Shown piece by piece: positions 63,300 through 64,000 of a stretch of DNA of 64,000 bases. Numbering within the stretch: the stretch's first letter is position 1; every line of letters begins with the position of its first letter. This DNA is from Felis catus (Eukaryota): positions 35,588,001 through 35,652,000 of the forward strand of contig NC_058378.1 in assembly GCF_018350175.1 (NCBI RefSeq), in the 5' to 3' direction. The notes beneath the pieces were generated by a model. It was not told the DNA's origin. It did no database searches and saw only the letters and a program-made list of their open reading frames with translations. Both the position numbers and the translations under genes were made by a program.

Positions 63300-63960
63300 A
63301 AGTCATCAAATTGAGAAAGGGCCCTAAAAGCCCAACTCATACTCAATTTAGGGATTCTTTCTGTGGCATCCCATGGAGGTAACCATCTAGGCGCTCCTTG
63401 AATACTTGTAGGGATGGGGAGATCATTACCTTACAAAGGGGCCCATTCCAATTGTTGCACAACTGGAATTGTCAGAATGTTCTCAGACTGTGACAAAATC
63501 TGCTTCCCTGTAAGGTCCACTCATTGGCTCTGGTTCTGACCCTGGTGGATGAGGACTGGACAAGAAAGGAGGAAGCTAACAGTCCTGAGTGCCACCTGTG
63601 TCCCTGGCCTGTGCCTGGGGCTTTCACAGCCATTTGCTGAAGAAGCAGCATGTGCCAACTCACACTCACTGCTGATGGAGATGTCACTTTTCCATCCTGA
63701 GGTCCTTCCCCTGTTCCTCAATGACCGGGTTTCCTGATTGCTCATTACCTTTGCCTGTCTTACAGTTTTTCCTGGCTCATCTTTTTTTTTTTTTTTTAAG
63801 TAGTCACATCACACAAGATTGTCCTATCTTAAGCTTGCTGTCGAGTAAACGCCTCCCGTCATTTTTCACTTTAACTGCTGCTGCACCCGGTCTCTCCCAT
63901 GCCACTTTTCATCCAGGAATCTTCCCATCAGACCAGGATCAGAATGAGGATGAATATCCA
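63300..63960 (-). mobile_element. Ancient L3/CR1 fragment
   Basis: CTTGAATACTTGTAGGGATGGGGAGATCATTACCTTACAAAGGGGCCCATTCCA resembles the L3 3' end. Confidence 0.5.
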
Positions 63961-64000
63961 GAGGCCCATTGTTGGCCCCAAAGGACCTCGGAGATCAAAG

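Overview
Mammalian genomic DNA, almost certainly a felid (cat family), judged from many young SINEC_Fc-type Can-SINEs. Bases ~1-12.8 kb hold VDAC2 on the + strand: CpG-island promoter, non-coding exon 1, CDS 947-12332, with exon 3 and most of exons 7 and 8 hidden under N-runs. It converges on a complete, intact 7-exon COMTD1 gene on the - strand (CDS 17555-15690, 262 aa). The remaining ~46 kb is non-coding and rich in repeats (Can-SINEs, MIR, L1, L2, L3, MaLR/ERVL LTRs, hAT MERs). By mammalian synteny this is the start of the regulatory desert leading to ZNF503, and it contains several homeodomain/FOX/TCF-motif-dense putative enhancers. I found no convincing wholly new system. Best leads: (1) a remnant of the human VDAC2 long-isoform alternative exon whose splice donor reads AT instead of GT, with a possible in-frame rescue donor; (2) a candidate poison exon plus an N-masked element with C/D-box-like ends in VDAC2 intron 4; (3) three same-orientation CTCF motifs, two with the upstream U-motif, around COMTD1; (4) N-runs that fall preferentially on conserved sequence and so probably flag hidden conserved non-coding elements. 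Repeat boundaries are approximate and repeat family names come from recalled consensus sequences, not a database search.
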